Position numbers and translations under genes: made by a program. The notes beneath the pieces are model-generated. The model saw only the letters and a program-made list of their open reading frames with translations, did no database searches and had not been told where the DNA came from. 64,000 nt of DNA from an uncultured Acidimicrobiales bacterium (GTDB lineage Bacteria; Actinomycetota; Acidimicrobiia; Acidimicrobiales; SHLQ01): contig CALHTB010000082.1 in NCBI GenBank assembly GCA_938038785.1, forward strand, positions 2,419-66,418. The letters are read 5' to 3'. Positions 11,506 to 20,731 of this stretch are shown here, piece by piece (position 1 is the stretch's first letter; every line of letters starts with the position of its first letter).

Positions 11506-13251
11506 TTACTTCTCGACGAAGCGGCGGGCTTTGGCCTTCTTGCCTTTGACGGTTGACTTCTTGATTGCGGTGATGACGTCTTCGACCGAAGCGTCGGGCA
11601 CACCAACAACTGAGTAGTGATCTGCGATGCGGATCGGGCCGATATCTCGGCCTGCGATTCCGGTTTCGTTAGCGATAGCGCCGACGAGGTCGCCGGGGCG
11701 AACGCCGCCACGAGCGCCGACGCCGATGTACACGAAACCGGTGTTGGCATCGACCGGGCGAGGGCCCTTCTGGGGGCGGCTACCGTTCTTGCCCCCGCGA
11801 TCGTTGCGGTCGCCGCGATCACGATTGCGATCTCGGTCACGCCCACGGCCCTTCTTCTCGTGCGACTTTGTGAAGTGCGAAGATGAGTCGGGAATCTCGG
11901 TGTTGTCGGCGACCGAACCTTGGGTCTGCTGCGCGAGCTTGAGGGCAGCGAGGGCGATGTTGCGCTCGGAATCTTCGCCCTTGAGGGCGTGAAGGACATG
12001 CTGGAAATCGTCGAGGTCGTCGGCGCTCAGCGTTTCGCGCACTGCTTCAACCATTGCTTCGCGTCGTCGGTCCTGGAGATCCTCGAGCGTAGGAACCGGA
12101 AGTATGGCGATCTTGGACTTCGTGAGGCGCTCGATGTTGTCGAGCAAACGCTTCTGGCGAGGGGTGGCCAAGGTGATCGCGACACCCGCACGACCAGCGC
12201 GGCCGACACGGCCGATGCGGTGAACGTAGCTTTCGGGCTGGGTTGGGATGTCGTAGTTGATGACGTGGGTGAGCGTGTCAACATCGAGGCCGCGGGCCGC
12301 GACGTCGGTGGCGATGAGCAACTCGGCAGTTCCGTCGCGCAGGCGAGCCATCACCCTGTCGCGCTGGGCTTGGTCCATACCGCCGTGCAGTGCCTCGGCG
12401 CGAACGCCTCGGCCGTTCATGGCAACGGTGAGCTCGTCGACGTCGGTGCGGGTCTTGCAAAACACGATGGCCGATGTCGGCTGTTCGAACTCGAGCACTC
12501 GGCCAAGCGTTGCTGGCTTGTGGAACTTTTGCACGACATACACACGCTGTTCGATGAGCTTGCTCGCGGCCTTGGCCTCATCGGCGCTGATCTTGACGAT
12601 GACCGGGTCCTTCTGGTGCCGGTTGGCAATCGACTTGATGCGGGGCGGCATGGTGGCCGAGAACATTACGGTCTGGCGTGACTGCGGGGTGTTGGAGAGG
12701 ATGAGTTCGATGTCCTCGGTGAAGCCCATGTCGAGCATCTCGTCGGCTTCGTCGAGCACGACGGTCTGAATGCCGTCGAGGTCGAGCGAGCCACGCTTGA
12801 GGTGATCGATTGCACGACCTGGCGTGGCCACAACGACATGAACGCCGCGGCGCAACATGTCGAGCTGGCGGCCGATGGGCTGGCCCCCGTAGACAGGAGC
12901 GACCTTGATCTTTTGCTGCTTGCCGAACGACACGATGGCGTCGCTCACCTGCACGGCAAGTTCGCGCGTCGGCGTGAGGATGAGGACACTAGGAATTGCC
13001 GGGCTGCCAGGGTCGATGGTGTTGAGTACCGGGAGGCCAAATGCGGCGGTCTTGCCGGTGCCGGTGGCCGCTTGGCCAAGCACGTCGACACCGCTCATCA
13101 GCAGCGGGATTGCCTCGCGCTGGATGGGTGTTGGCGTCTCAAATCCGAGCGCGTCGAGCGACTCGAGAAGCTCAGGGCGAAGCCCGAGGGACCGAAATCC
13201 GTCGAGGCTCGACGGAGGGGAATCAAGAGTGGTCACAGCGAGACTTTCCAA
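11506..13251 (-). CDS. DEAD-box ATP-dependent RNA helicase (DeaD/CsdA-like)
   Basis: Motif I AATGTGKT, VLDEADEM, SAT and HRIGRVGRAG. Arg/Asp-rich tail followed by a DbpA-like C-terminal RNA-binding domain. Confidence 0.9.
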   Translation of the reverse strand: MESLAVTTLDSPPSSLDGFRSLGLRPELLESLDALGFETPTPIQREAIPLLMSGVDVLGQAATGTGKTAAFGLPVLNTIDPGSPAIPSVLILTPTRELAVQVSDAIVSFGKQQKIKVAPVYGGQPIGRQLDMLRRGVHVVVATPGRAIDHLKRGSLDLDGIQTVVLDEADEMLDMGFTEDIELILSNTPQSRQTVMFSATMPPRIKSIANRHQKDPVIVKISADEAKAASKLIEQRVYVVQKFHKPATLGRVLEFEQPTSAIVFCKTRTDVDELTVAMNGRGVRAEALHGGMDQAQRDRVMARLRDGTAELLIATDVAARGLDVDTLTHVINYDIPTQPESYVHRIGRVGRAGRAGVAITLATPRQKRLLDNIERLTKSKIAILPVPTLEDLQDRRREAMVEAVRETLSADDLDDFQHVLHALKGEDSERNIALAALKLAQQTQGSVADNTEIPDSSSHFTKSHEKKGRGRDRDRNRDRGDRNDRGGKNGSRPQKGPRPVDANTGFVYIGVGARGGVRPGDLVGAIANETGIAGRDIGPIRIADHYSVVGVPDASVEDVITAIKKSTVKGKKAKARRFVEK

Positions 13252-13316
13252 AAGGCGAACACTTCATCGTAGTTCGCCAACACCCAAAGCGCGAACTAAC
13301 ACCGGTCACACCACAT

Positions 13317-13667
13317 TCAACCCTCGGATGGCACGTCCGATGGCCACGCACTGCAGACAGCAGCGGTTGCGTTGCCTTCGAAGAGTTGCACCTCGAAACC
13401 TTCGGCCCGAAAGATGCCTTCGGTGTCTGAGGTTCGGTCGAATGTTCCTTCGACCGATCCGCGGTCTTTCCACTCCTCGGGAACGGGCCCTCCGTTAATC
13501 CACGTACCGCTCACATGTTTGAGGCGGATGTCGTTTCGGCAGCCCGGATCTACTGAGAGCGTTGGCGGCAGACTGACCCAATACACGCCCAACGCAATAA
13601 CGAGCATCGCCGCAATAGCGACCACGATTCCCGCCCAAGGCCGCCCGGTTCCAACGCCAGTTCCCAC
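13317..13667 (-). CDS. Hypothetical membrane-anchored protein
   Basis: A single N-terminal TM segment (WAGIVVAIAAMLVIALGVYWV) followed by a soluble domain. No recognisable family. Confidence 0.4.
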   Translation of the reverse strand: MGTGVGTGRPWAGIVVAIAAMLVIALGVYWVSLPPTLSVDPGCRNDIRLKHVSGTWINGGPVPEEWKDRGSVEGTFDRTSDTEGIFRAEGFEVQLFEGNATAAVCSAWPSDVPSEG

Positions 13668-13762
13668 ACTTCAAGCAATACCACAGTGCCCGACGCCGCC
13701 TAAGGCGACCGCGTCGATTGCAGCGGATGCCGAGTGGGTGTCGAGAAGTTACGGAACACGCT

Positions 13763-14038
13763 GGGGTCAGACCCGATTGTTGACCGGCATTAGAAAACCC
13801 CTGACTTCTCAACAATTTGTCAGACACACGAGAAGCTGGTGGCTCGTGTCGTGTCAACGATAGGGTCAGACCCCACGATGTACTTGCCAAGAAGCACCAC
13901 AAGCGGCACGCAACCCGACGCCGCCTCGGGCGCCCAGGCTGCGTGCCGCTTGAACGCTCCCCCTGAAAGGGAGCAGGATCTGTAAGCCGGAGGTGGCAAA
14001 ATCGCGGCGGAGCCGCTGCCACCGTAGGGGTCAGACGC
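13763..14038. repeat. Structured intergenic region: three GGGGTCAGACCC(C)-type motifs plus three consecutive strong hairpins
   Basis: Motifs at 13763, 13863 and 14027. Hairpins: 13901-13912/13940-13951 (12 bp), 13956-13961/13969-13974 (6 bp), and 13992-13998/14017-14023 with inner stem 14004-14008/14012-14016. Confidence 0.7.
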
Positions 14039-15497
14039 AACCTTCGACCCAGGCGACTGGGCCTAGGTAGCCGTTGCGGACTGATACGACGATGCCTTGT
14101 TCGTTCGTTTCATACAGGAGCGTTGAGGAGATGCCGGGTTCGACGTTGACCGTCAGGTATTTGGCGCCCTCGCCTAGGTACACGTGGGGGGCTTCGGCGA
14201 TGTTGTTGTCATGCGCAGCCAGCACGGCGGCTTCGGTACTGCCAACGCCGACCTTGGCATCGGAGCGGTGGTCGTCGTGTGTTGGTTCGATGCGGGAGAC
14301 GATCGCATCGTCTTTGTCTCCTATGAGCATCAGCCATGGACTGTTGGGGACGTCGGGGAGTTGGACGTAGTAGCACTCTTCGAGCTGGTGGACAGTGGGG
14401 TCGAAGGCGGGCACGCCGTATTTCTGGGTCAGCGAACGCCAGCTTTGGCCAAGTTCGATTTCGCCGAAGCTCGAAGCGGTGAGAGTCTCGTCGCCGAGGG
14501 GTTCGGTTGAGGCGGCGCCTGCGTTCTCGTCAAGAACGTAGATGGCTTCAACACCAGCCGCGTTCCCGAAGCCACAATCAAATGCCTCGTCGACATGTTG
14601 AACGTACGCATACCCGTCGAAGATGCTGATCTCGAATTTGCAGTTGGGATGGAAGCTGTCAGTCCGCTCAAATCGGGCCACGTTCTGGTCTAGCGGGATC
14701 GTCGTGGTGCTTATGAGTGCCCGGTTAAACGCGGGCCCGCTCGTCGTGTTGTTGAAGCTGACCGTGAGCTCGGTCTCGGTGACGTTCGAGATCTGCATGA
14801 GGCCAATTGGGCCGCAGCACACCTCGTCGCCCCCAAATGGGCCGAAGGCATAGACATAGTTGCCCGGCCGCACGAGCGGGTCGAAGAAGAAGGGCGTATC
14901 GCCAATGCTGGAGAAGTCGAGTCGCAGCGGAAGGTCACCCCAGGTCGCATCGATGACGTTGCCATTGTTGACCGTGGGCATGATGAGCGTGCCGCTGACG
15001 TTGCCGTCGGGTCCGAATTCATGAAGGAAGTAACCGCCGTTGGGGTACTGGCGCCCGAGCAACATGATCGGCTCGGCCCCGTAGGAGATCTCGCCGCGTA
15101 GGAACGTGTCGTTCTGGGCTAGCCAGATCTTCACAGGGATGTCGTTGTCGATCACGCCCTCCCAGTTGCTGATTTGTCCTGGAGGTGCGATCTGTCCGCC
15201 GGTAAGCGCAGGAGCTTCGGGCGTAGCGGTGGGTTCGGCTGGAGCGCTTGTTGTCTCCGTTGGTTCGGCTGCAAATGCCACTGCTTCAGCGTCGGTCGCA
15301 CTGGTGAGCTCGCCTTCAGTGGCGGTGGCATTGTCGAGTTCGACCGATTGGTCGCCCGAATCGACCGCTTGAGATTGATCGCCGTTGGAGGGCCCGCAGG
15401 CAACGGTCAGGAGCGCCAAGCCAGAAAGAGTTGATGACAGCAGAAGCTGGCGAGCCCGGAGGACGAGCGGTGTAGAGGGGGTGGTGGTCTGGATCAT
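14031..15497 (-). CDS. Hypothetical secreted lipoprotein
   Basis: From the ATG at 15497: MIQTTTPSTPLVLRARQLLLSSTLSGLALLTVACGPS (signal peptide plus lipobox). An acidic/Thr-rich linker and a large domain of unknown family follow. The track start at 15554 is probably too long. Confidence 0.65.
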   Translation of the reverse strand: MIQTTTPSTPLVLRARQLLLSSTLSGLALLTVACGPSNGDQSQAVDSGDQSVELDNATATEGELTSATDAEAVAFAAEPTETTSAPAEPTATPEAPALTGGQIAPPGQISNWEGVIDNDIPVKIWLAQNDTFLRGEISYGAEPIMLLGRQYPNGGYFLHEFGPDGNVSGTLIMPTVNNGNVIDATWGDLPLRLDFSSIGDTPFFFDPLVRPGNYVYAFGPFGGDEVCCGPIGLMQISNVTETELTVSFNNTTSGPAFNRALISTTTIPLDQNVARFERTDSFHPNCKFEISIFDGYAYVQHVDEAFDCGFGNAAGVEAIYVLDENAGAASTEPLGDETLTASSFGEIELGQSWRSLTQKYGVPAFDPTVHQLEECYYVQLPDVPNSPWLMLIGDKDDAIVSRIEPTHDDHRSDAKVGVGSTEAAVLAAHDNNIAEAPHVYLGEGAKYLTVNVEPGISSTLLYETNEQGIVVSVRNGYLGPVAWVEGCV

Positions 15498-15560
15498 GGT
15501 CTCAACGTACGGAAGTGGAGCGCTGGGGACAGTGGGGAGCGGCCCCGGTAACATCGCACC

Positions 15561-16526
15561 ATGATCGACATCGTTGACCTTGGGGCGTCAGATGCTGCCA
15601 CGAGGTTGGAGGCTGCGCTCGCCACCACCGGTTTCGTCGAACTCATCGGACACGAGCTCGACGAGTCGCTTAGGTCGAGTCTGCGCCGGGCATGCGACGA
15701 GTTCTTCGCCCTAGAGCACACCATCAAATCTCGCTACGTGCACCATGACCCGGCCGCGAACCGGGGGTACCGGGCTCGCGGTAGCGAGGCGCTCAGCTAC
15801 AGCCTGGGCCAAGAATCACCGCCGGACCTGTTCGAGAGCTTTAACTCGGCGCCCGCTCCGGCTAACGGCGGCCACCGTCTGCTGCAAGAAACCCCATGGC
15901 CAGATGACGTGGTGCCCGGCTTTAGCGATGTCGTGACTGCAGCGTTTGAGGACTTTGCATCGCTCTCGTCCCGACTCGACGTGCTGATCGATTCGATCTT
16001 GGGAATCGAATGGTTGGCGACCCGGTCAGGGCAGGGGCCCGACATGTTGGCGAACATCAACTATCGCCCCGAACCCGACGGCACCGAACGCGTGCTCGAA
16101 GGTCAACAACGCATGGGAGCCCATTCGGACTACACGACCTTTACCTTGCTCGATGCCGACCCAGTGCGTGGGTTGCAGATCGTTGCGCCGTCGGGCGAGT
16201 GGATCGATATTCAGCCGTCGAACGATGGCTTGTTGATGAACGTTGGCGATGTGCTGGCAATGGTCACCAACGACCACTGGCCGTCAACGCTGCATCGGGT
16301 TGTGCCGATGTCGGCCGGGGCTGCGGCGCATCGTCGGTCGGTGGCGTTTTTCCACTACCCAAACCTCGACGTCGAGTTTGGGCCGATCGATGCGTTCGTC
16401 AGCGAGTCCAACGTTGCCCGCTACGAACCGGCAACGGTCGAGAACCACCTCATGGGCAAGCTGGTTGCGCCCAAGACGCAAACCGCTAGCACCTCGGCAT
16501 CGACAACAGCTGGGCGGCCGATCTAA
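15561..16526 (+). CDS. 2-oxoglutarate/Fe(II)-dependent oxygenase (isopenicillin N synthase-like family)
   Basis: N-terminal non-haem dioxygenase region. HSDYTTFTLL (HxD) and STLHRV (distal His, with Arg two residues later), as expected for 2OG oxygenases. Confidence 0.8.
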   Translation: MIDIVDLGASDAATRLEAALATTGFVELIGHELDESLRSSLRRACDEFFALEHTIKSRYVHHDPAANRGYRARGSEALSYSLGQESPPDLFESFNSAPAPANGGHRLLQETPWPDDVVPGFSDVVTAAFEDFASLSSRLDVLIDSILGIEWLATRSGQGPDMLANINYRPEPDGTERVLEGQQRMGAHSDYTTFTLLDADPVRGLQIVAPSGEWIDIQPSNDGLLMNVGDVLAMVTNDHWPSTLHRVVPMSAGAAAHRRSVAFFHYPNLDVEFGPIDAFVSESNVARYEPATVENHLMGKLVAPKTQTASTSASTTAGRPI

Positions 16527-16536
16527 GTGAATTGGT

Positions 16537-18387
16537 CTACGAGAAGAGGCTCAGCGCCCGGCTGAACGCCTGTTGGCCAACGGCTGCGCCGACACGGCGG
16601 CCATCGAGGTCGTCTGCGGCGATGTGGATTCCGCCGTACAAGCGGGACTCACCTGCCTGATCAGCAGCGTCGCTGTAGGTTGCCCACTGCAGGGTCACCG
16701 GAACGTCCGGTCCTTCGTCGAATCGAAGCCAGCCGGGCTCAGCGGTCCACTCGCCAAGGCCGCCGGGAAAGAACGCTGACCCGGTGAACTCGGTTAGCAC
16801 TTCGGCGCCCGCTCGGCTGAACGCACTGTGGCCAGAGATGTAGCCCGGGAACGATGGCGTGACGAACGTGTCGAGTTGATAGGGCACCCACGTTTCGCCG
16901 TCGATCCACGCGATTTCATCGATGTTGTCGTGAAGTTCGCTATGGCCAGCCCAACCTCGAATCGCAATCGTGCCAGGCGAAAGTCCGGCGTGCCGGTCGG
17001 TGGAGGTCTCGTTGGTGACGAGCTCGATCATGCCGTCGACCAGCGGAAGTCCGTCGGCGTGGTAGCTCGGCTGCTCTGGCTCGCTCGACTGACCAAGCCC
17101 AGCGAGGTATCGGATGGCGGTGATCGGGCGAGCCGAGTCGTACTCGCGCTTTGCGCCCCATGCTGCGATCGCGGCGTCGTGCATGGCACCGTTGAGCGAG
17201 AGATACAACTTCACGTCCCACTCAAGACGTTCGAGCACGGCTCCCTCACCCTGCAGCTGGAAGCCCACGTCGGGGTGGTCGCTGACATCGTTTGCCACCG
17301 TGTTCCAATGCCCTGGCGGCGTCTCCGAGCTCGGTCCGTCAGCCCAGAACTCGGCAACCACGCGGCCAAAGTCGGCGGTGTACAGCTCGTTGGGAGCGTA
17401 CGGTTCGCCCGTTATCGGGTTTGAGGCGAAGCCTTCGCCGTCGTAGGCGCCCAGCGAGTTGTTCCCGATCGCTGCTGGCCCGTAGTCGCCGCGGTCGGTG
17501 GCGTTCGTGTCCAAGGTCTGCTGATAGTTGATGACCTCGACGGCCGCCGCAACGTAAGCGGAAGGGTCGGTGTCGAACAGCGGAGGTGTGCCCGGGTCGA
17601 TTGGCAACCCGTTGCTCGGCTCGAGGGCGAACGGGGTGACCGAACCCCAGTGCGGCCCGATGAAGAACTGCAGCGGCTGCACCTGGACCTGTTCGTTCTG
17701 CGTTATGGCTTCGGCCAGCTGTAATGGCTGCCACGAATCGGGGAGTGCTCCATCGCCGACGCCCGGTTCGCCAACGACGAGCGGTGGGCTTGCGGCCACA
17801 TACGACAGGTCGAGGTAGCCATCGAGCTCGAACGAGCCATCGTCGAGCGTCTCGTCGAGAAGGGTCTGAGCAATGTCGACCCCTCGCTGCGCTGCCTCGC
17901 CGAGGTCCGAGTCGGGGTCGGGTACGTCGAGGCACTGCCGGCTGAGTTCGGCGTCGAACTGGTCGAGCGACTCGGCACCACCGACAGCGTTGCGATACCG
18001 ATGCGACAACAGGGTGTATGCCGCGTAGCTGATCGATACTTCACGCGCTTGCTCATCGACTTGGGCAGAGGAAGCTGGCACGCGTTCGTCGACGAAGAGT
18101 TGGGTGCTGCCAGCCTCATTCCCATCGGCGTCATACATCGCCCACGCATCCCACATCGCCGCTGAGGTATGGAACAGGTTGCGCGCATGCACGGTCGGGG
18201 CAGGAGTGTCGCGTCGAATTGCATCGAGCAGTTGCTCGTTCCAACGGCGAGCCACGCTTTGCCCGTCGAGCTGCTCGTGACAGACCGCAGTCGCTGATGA
18301 TCCGATGAGACCGCAGCCCGACAGTGCCATGGCAAACACGGCACCGACGGCGGCGGCCGCAAGCGAACGGCGTACCAAAGGGCTCAT
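16537..18387 (-). CDS. PAP2 / vanadium-dependent haloperoxidase-like lipoprotein
   Basis: From the ATG at 18387: MSPLVRRSLAAAAVGAVFAMALSGCG (lipobox). PAP2 motifs are present: KREYDSARP (K-x6-RP), YISGHSAF (SGH) and SRLYGGIHIAADD (SR-x5-H-x3-D). ATGA overlap with the upstream gene's stop at 18384-18387. Confidence 0.75.
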   Translation of the reverse strand: MSPLVRRSLAAAAVGAVFAMALSGCGLIGSSATAVCHEQLDGQSVARRWNEQLLDAIRRDTPAPTVHARNLFHTSAAMWDAWAMYDADGNEAGSTQLFVDERVPASSAQVDEQAREVSISYAAYTLLSHRYRNAVGGAESLDQFDAELSRQCLDVPDPDSDLGEAAQRGVDIAQTLLDETLDDGSFELDGYLDLSYVAASPPLVVGEPGVGDGALPDSWQPLQLAEAITQNEQVQVQPLQFFIGPHWGSVTPFALEPSNGLPIDPGTPPLFDTDPSAYVAAAVEVINYQQTLDTNATDRGDYGPAAIGNNSLGAYDGEGFASNPITGEPYAPNELYTADFGRVVAEFWADGPSSETPPGHWNTVANDVSDHPDVGFQLQGEGAVLERLEWDVKLYLSLNGAMHDAAIAAWGAKREYDSARPITAIRYLAGLGQSSEPEQPSYHADGLPLVDGMIELVTNETSTDRHAGLSPGTIAIRGWAGHSELHDNIDEIAWIDGETWVPYQLDTFVTPSFPGYISGHSAFSRAGAEVLTEFTGSAFFPGGLGEWTAEPGWLRFDEGPDVPVTLQWATYSDAADQAGESRLYGGIHIAADDLDGRRVGAAVGQQAFSRALSLFS

Positions 18388-19709
18388 CCGGCGAACAGTA
18401 GCCAGAGCCCTGCCACCGAGTAGAGGACCATCACGAACAACATCGTCTGCTGGCTTCGGGCGGCGTGATGATGGTCGAAACGGGTGACCGCAAGATCGTG
18501 GGCATAGAGCACTGCAAGGATGTGGCCGACCACAATCGAGACCGCCTGCACCCACGCCACCGAGTCTGGGTTGATGAGGTTCAGATCAACCTCTCCGGTG
18601 GCGCCGCCAAACCAGTTGGTAGTCGGGTTGCCGTCTGCGTCAAAGCTGCCGAACGGGTTCGAAAGCCGGAACCAGAAGCTCTGCATCTGATCGACGAGGA
18701 GCTGGGCGTAATGGGCCACCGTGTAAGCCCACACGATGGGAACGAGCGACGGGGCGAAAAGGTCGGCTGCGTCGTTGTGGTCAAGTCCGGTGACCTTGCT
18801 GGTTGCCCGTGCCCCGATCCAATAGAGGACCGCGGCGATGGCGATCATGATCGACAGGCCGATGGTGTTTGGCAGAGCCGCAGCCCACCCTCGGGGTCGG
18901 CCAATGATGTCGGTGTAGATCGGGCTCTCGCTGAAGCCATCGAACGACGTTCCACCGAGCACGGTCAGTACCAGCATCGTGGTTCCGGGCAACACGGTCA
19001 CCGCGCTCAGCCCGGATAGCGGCCGCCGAACCCGCAACGCCCCGTCATCGTTACGAGCGAACGGTGCAATTGCTGCGATCAGCGTGAACAGAATCGCAAA
19101 CCCGTCAGCTCGGTCGAGCCACACCCGGCCAAATCGCGCCATGCCTGCGATCATCACAATCGAGTACACGACCATGGCGTAACCAAGGACGCGCGGAGAG
19201 TCGCCGTTGGGGTGTGCCAGCTCGAGGAACAAGAAACCGAAGAGCATTGCAGTGCCGACCCACCGATGCGCCGGCGCCGGGTGCCCGTCGATTTGTTCGG
19301 GGAACAACAACCCGATGGTTTCGAAGGGGTTGAGCGCTTTCCAGATATCTCCGAACACCGCAGAGAAAACCGGAATAGCAACCCAAAGCGCCACGTAGAT
19401 GGAAACCGGAGCCAGGTTGATCTTCTCGCCACCCACGTCGGTGCCGAACAAGCCAGCTCCGATCGTGAGCACGAACACCCCAAGCCCGACTGTCCGAAGG
19501 GTCAGCTCGCCAACTCGGAGCAGGCCAGTAGCACCGGTGATCGTTCGGCCCTGGGCATCTGCGGTGGTCAGCTTCGGTTCTTTCCACAATGCGCCGAGAC
19601 CGACAAACGACAGCACGAGCGCGGCGATCGCCGCCCAGGCGAACTGCCAAAACGGCAGAGGCAAGGTTCCTCGAGACCCAACTCCGTGGGCCAAAAGATG
19701 GGGAAGCAC
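18384..19709 (-). CDS. Polytopic integral membrane protein, unknown family
   Basis: 441 aa with about 10 or more hydrophobic segments. Translationally coupled to the downstream PAP2-like gene. Confidence 0.7.
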   Translation of the reverse strand: MLPHLLAHGVGSRGTLPLPFWQFAWAAIAALVLSFVGLGALWKEPKLTTADAQGRTITGATGLLRVGELTLRTVGLGVFVLTIGAGLFGTDVGGEKINLAPVSIYVALWVAIPVFSAVFGDIWKALNPFETIGLLFPEQIDGHPAPAHRWVGTAMLFGFLFLELAHPNGDSPRVLGYAMVVYSIVMIAGMARFGRVWLDRADGFAILFTLIAAIAPFARNDDGALRVRRPLSGLSAVTVLPGTTMLVLTVLGGTSFDGFSESPIYTDIIGRPRGWAAALPNTIGLSIMIAIAAVLYWIGARATSKVTGLDHNDAADLFAPSLVPIVWAYTVAHYAQLLVDQMQSFWFRLSNPFGSFDADGNPTTNWFGGATGEVDLNLINPDSVAWVQAVSIVVGHILAVLYAHDLAVTRFDHHHAARSQQTMLFVMVLYSVAGLWLLFAG

Positions 19710-19718
19710 GGTGCGAGA

Positions 19719-20687
19719 CTAGGAGACGACGAGTTCGGCGATAAACGTGCCGGACTGCTCGAACTCGATTTCGAACTTGCCAGGCGTGTCCGCAGTGAAC
19801 AAGAACGTGGCCGGAGTGCCGGCCTCGACGTCGATCAGAACGTCATAACCGTGCAGGTGAGCCTGCTCGGCGACGTCACTGTTGACTATCACCATGACGA
19901 TGTCGCCAACCGAGGCTTCGATGCGGTCGTCACCATCGAGCTCGACGGAACCAGCGGTGTATGTTGCGGTCCGCGACACGGAGGCATCGCCCAGTGCAAG
20001 ACCATCCTCGATACCCGATCCGGCCTCACCGTGGCTGTGGGAGTCATCGCTAGGTGCCGCTGCTTCGGCGGTGCCGTCGGTGTCGTCCGGGACCGTTGCG
20101 CCGTGGCCCGTCACCGTCTGTCCCGCACGGATTGCTACGCCGTCGATTGCGTATGCCGCGTGGTTGTTGGCATTGAGCTCGACCTCGACGAGGTGATCGC
20201 CCTCGGGCACCATGACTTCGAGTTCGAGGTCGGTAAAGCGCTCGATCTTCTCTCCATCGATGAGCAGGTGCATATGGCCTTCGTTGTCGATGGGGTCGCC
20301 ATCGACGTTCTCGGGTGTGATCGTGAAGTTGGTCAACGAGACGACGAGATCAAACGTGCCGGGTGTGGCCGTTTCGGTGAGCTCGATCGCTACCTCGGGA
20401 ACCGGAGCGCCGTTGGTGATGTCGATGGTCTTGGCACCGTGGCCCTCCTCACCGTGGCCCTCCTCACCGTGGCCCTCCTCACCGTGGCTGTCATCGCCGT
20501 CGTCATGGTCGCTGTGTTCGTCATCTTGCGCAGCAGCGTCATCCGGCGCAGCAGTGTCATCCTGCGCAGCAGTGTCATCCGGCGAGGTGGTGGTTGGAGC
20601 GGTATTGGTCGCGGTGCTGCCACCGCATGCTGTCGCCACCAAGGCAACAGCGAAGAGCGCGCCCAGAAGGCGCAGGGGAATGGTCAT
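19719..20687 (-). CDS. His/Asp-rich secreted lipoprotein (putative metal-binding)
   Basis: From the ATG at 20687: MTIPLRLLGALFAVALVATACGG (lipobox). Repeats (DDTAAQ)3 and HSDHDDGDDSHGEEGHGEEGHGEEGHG follow, then two beta-rich modules with H-x-H motifs (EGHMHLLIDG, QAHLHGYD). The track start at 20840 would overlap the upstream gene. Confidence 0.7.
   Translation of the reverse strand: MTIPLRLLGALFAVALVATACGGSTATNTAPTTTSPDDTAAQDDTAAPDDAAAQDDEHSDHDDGDDSHGEEGHGEEGHGEEGHGAKTIDITNGAPVPEVAIELTETATPGTFDLVVSLTNFTITPENVDGDPIDNEGHMHLLIDGEKIERFTDLELEVMVPEGDHLVEVELNANNHAAYAIDGVAIRAGQTVTGHGATVPDDTDGTAEAAAPSDDSHSHGEAGSGIEDGLALGDASVSRTATYTAGSVELDGDDRIEASVGDIVMVIVNSDVAEQAHLHGYDVLIDVEAGTPATFLFTADTPGKFEIEFEQSGTFIAELVVS
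20435..20581 (-). repeat. In-frame tandem repeats: 15 bp x3(+1) at 20435-20494 and 18 bp x3 at 20528-20581
   Basis: caccgtggccctcct units encode (EEGHG)n. gcgcagcag[c/t]gtcatcc[g/t] units encode DDTAAQ/DDTAAP/DDAAAQ. Confidence 0.9.
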
Positions 20688-20731
20688 AGCAGTCCACTTT
20701 CGTTTAGTTGTTGGGTAGTCGTTGGGGCGAA

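Noticed and set aside
13495-14040. 181-aa minus ORF covering the 13668-14030 gap
   Set aside because: It is extremely Arg/Cys/Gly-rich with no coding-like pattern. It overlaps the hairpin and palindrome region, so I treat the region as non-coding.
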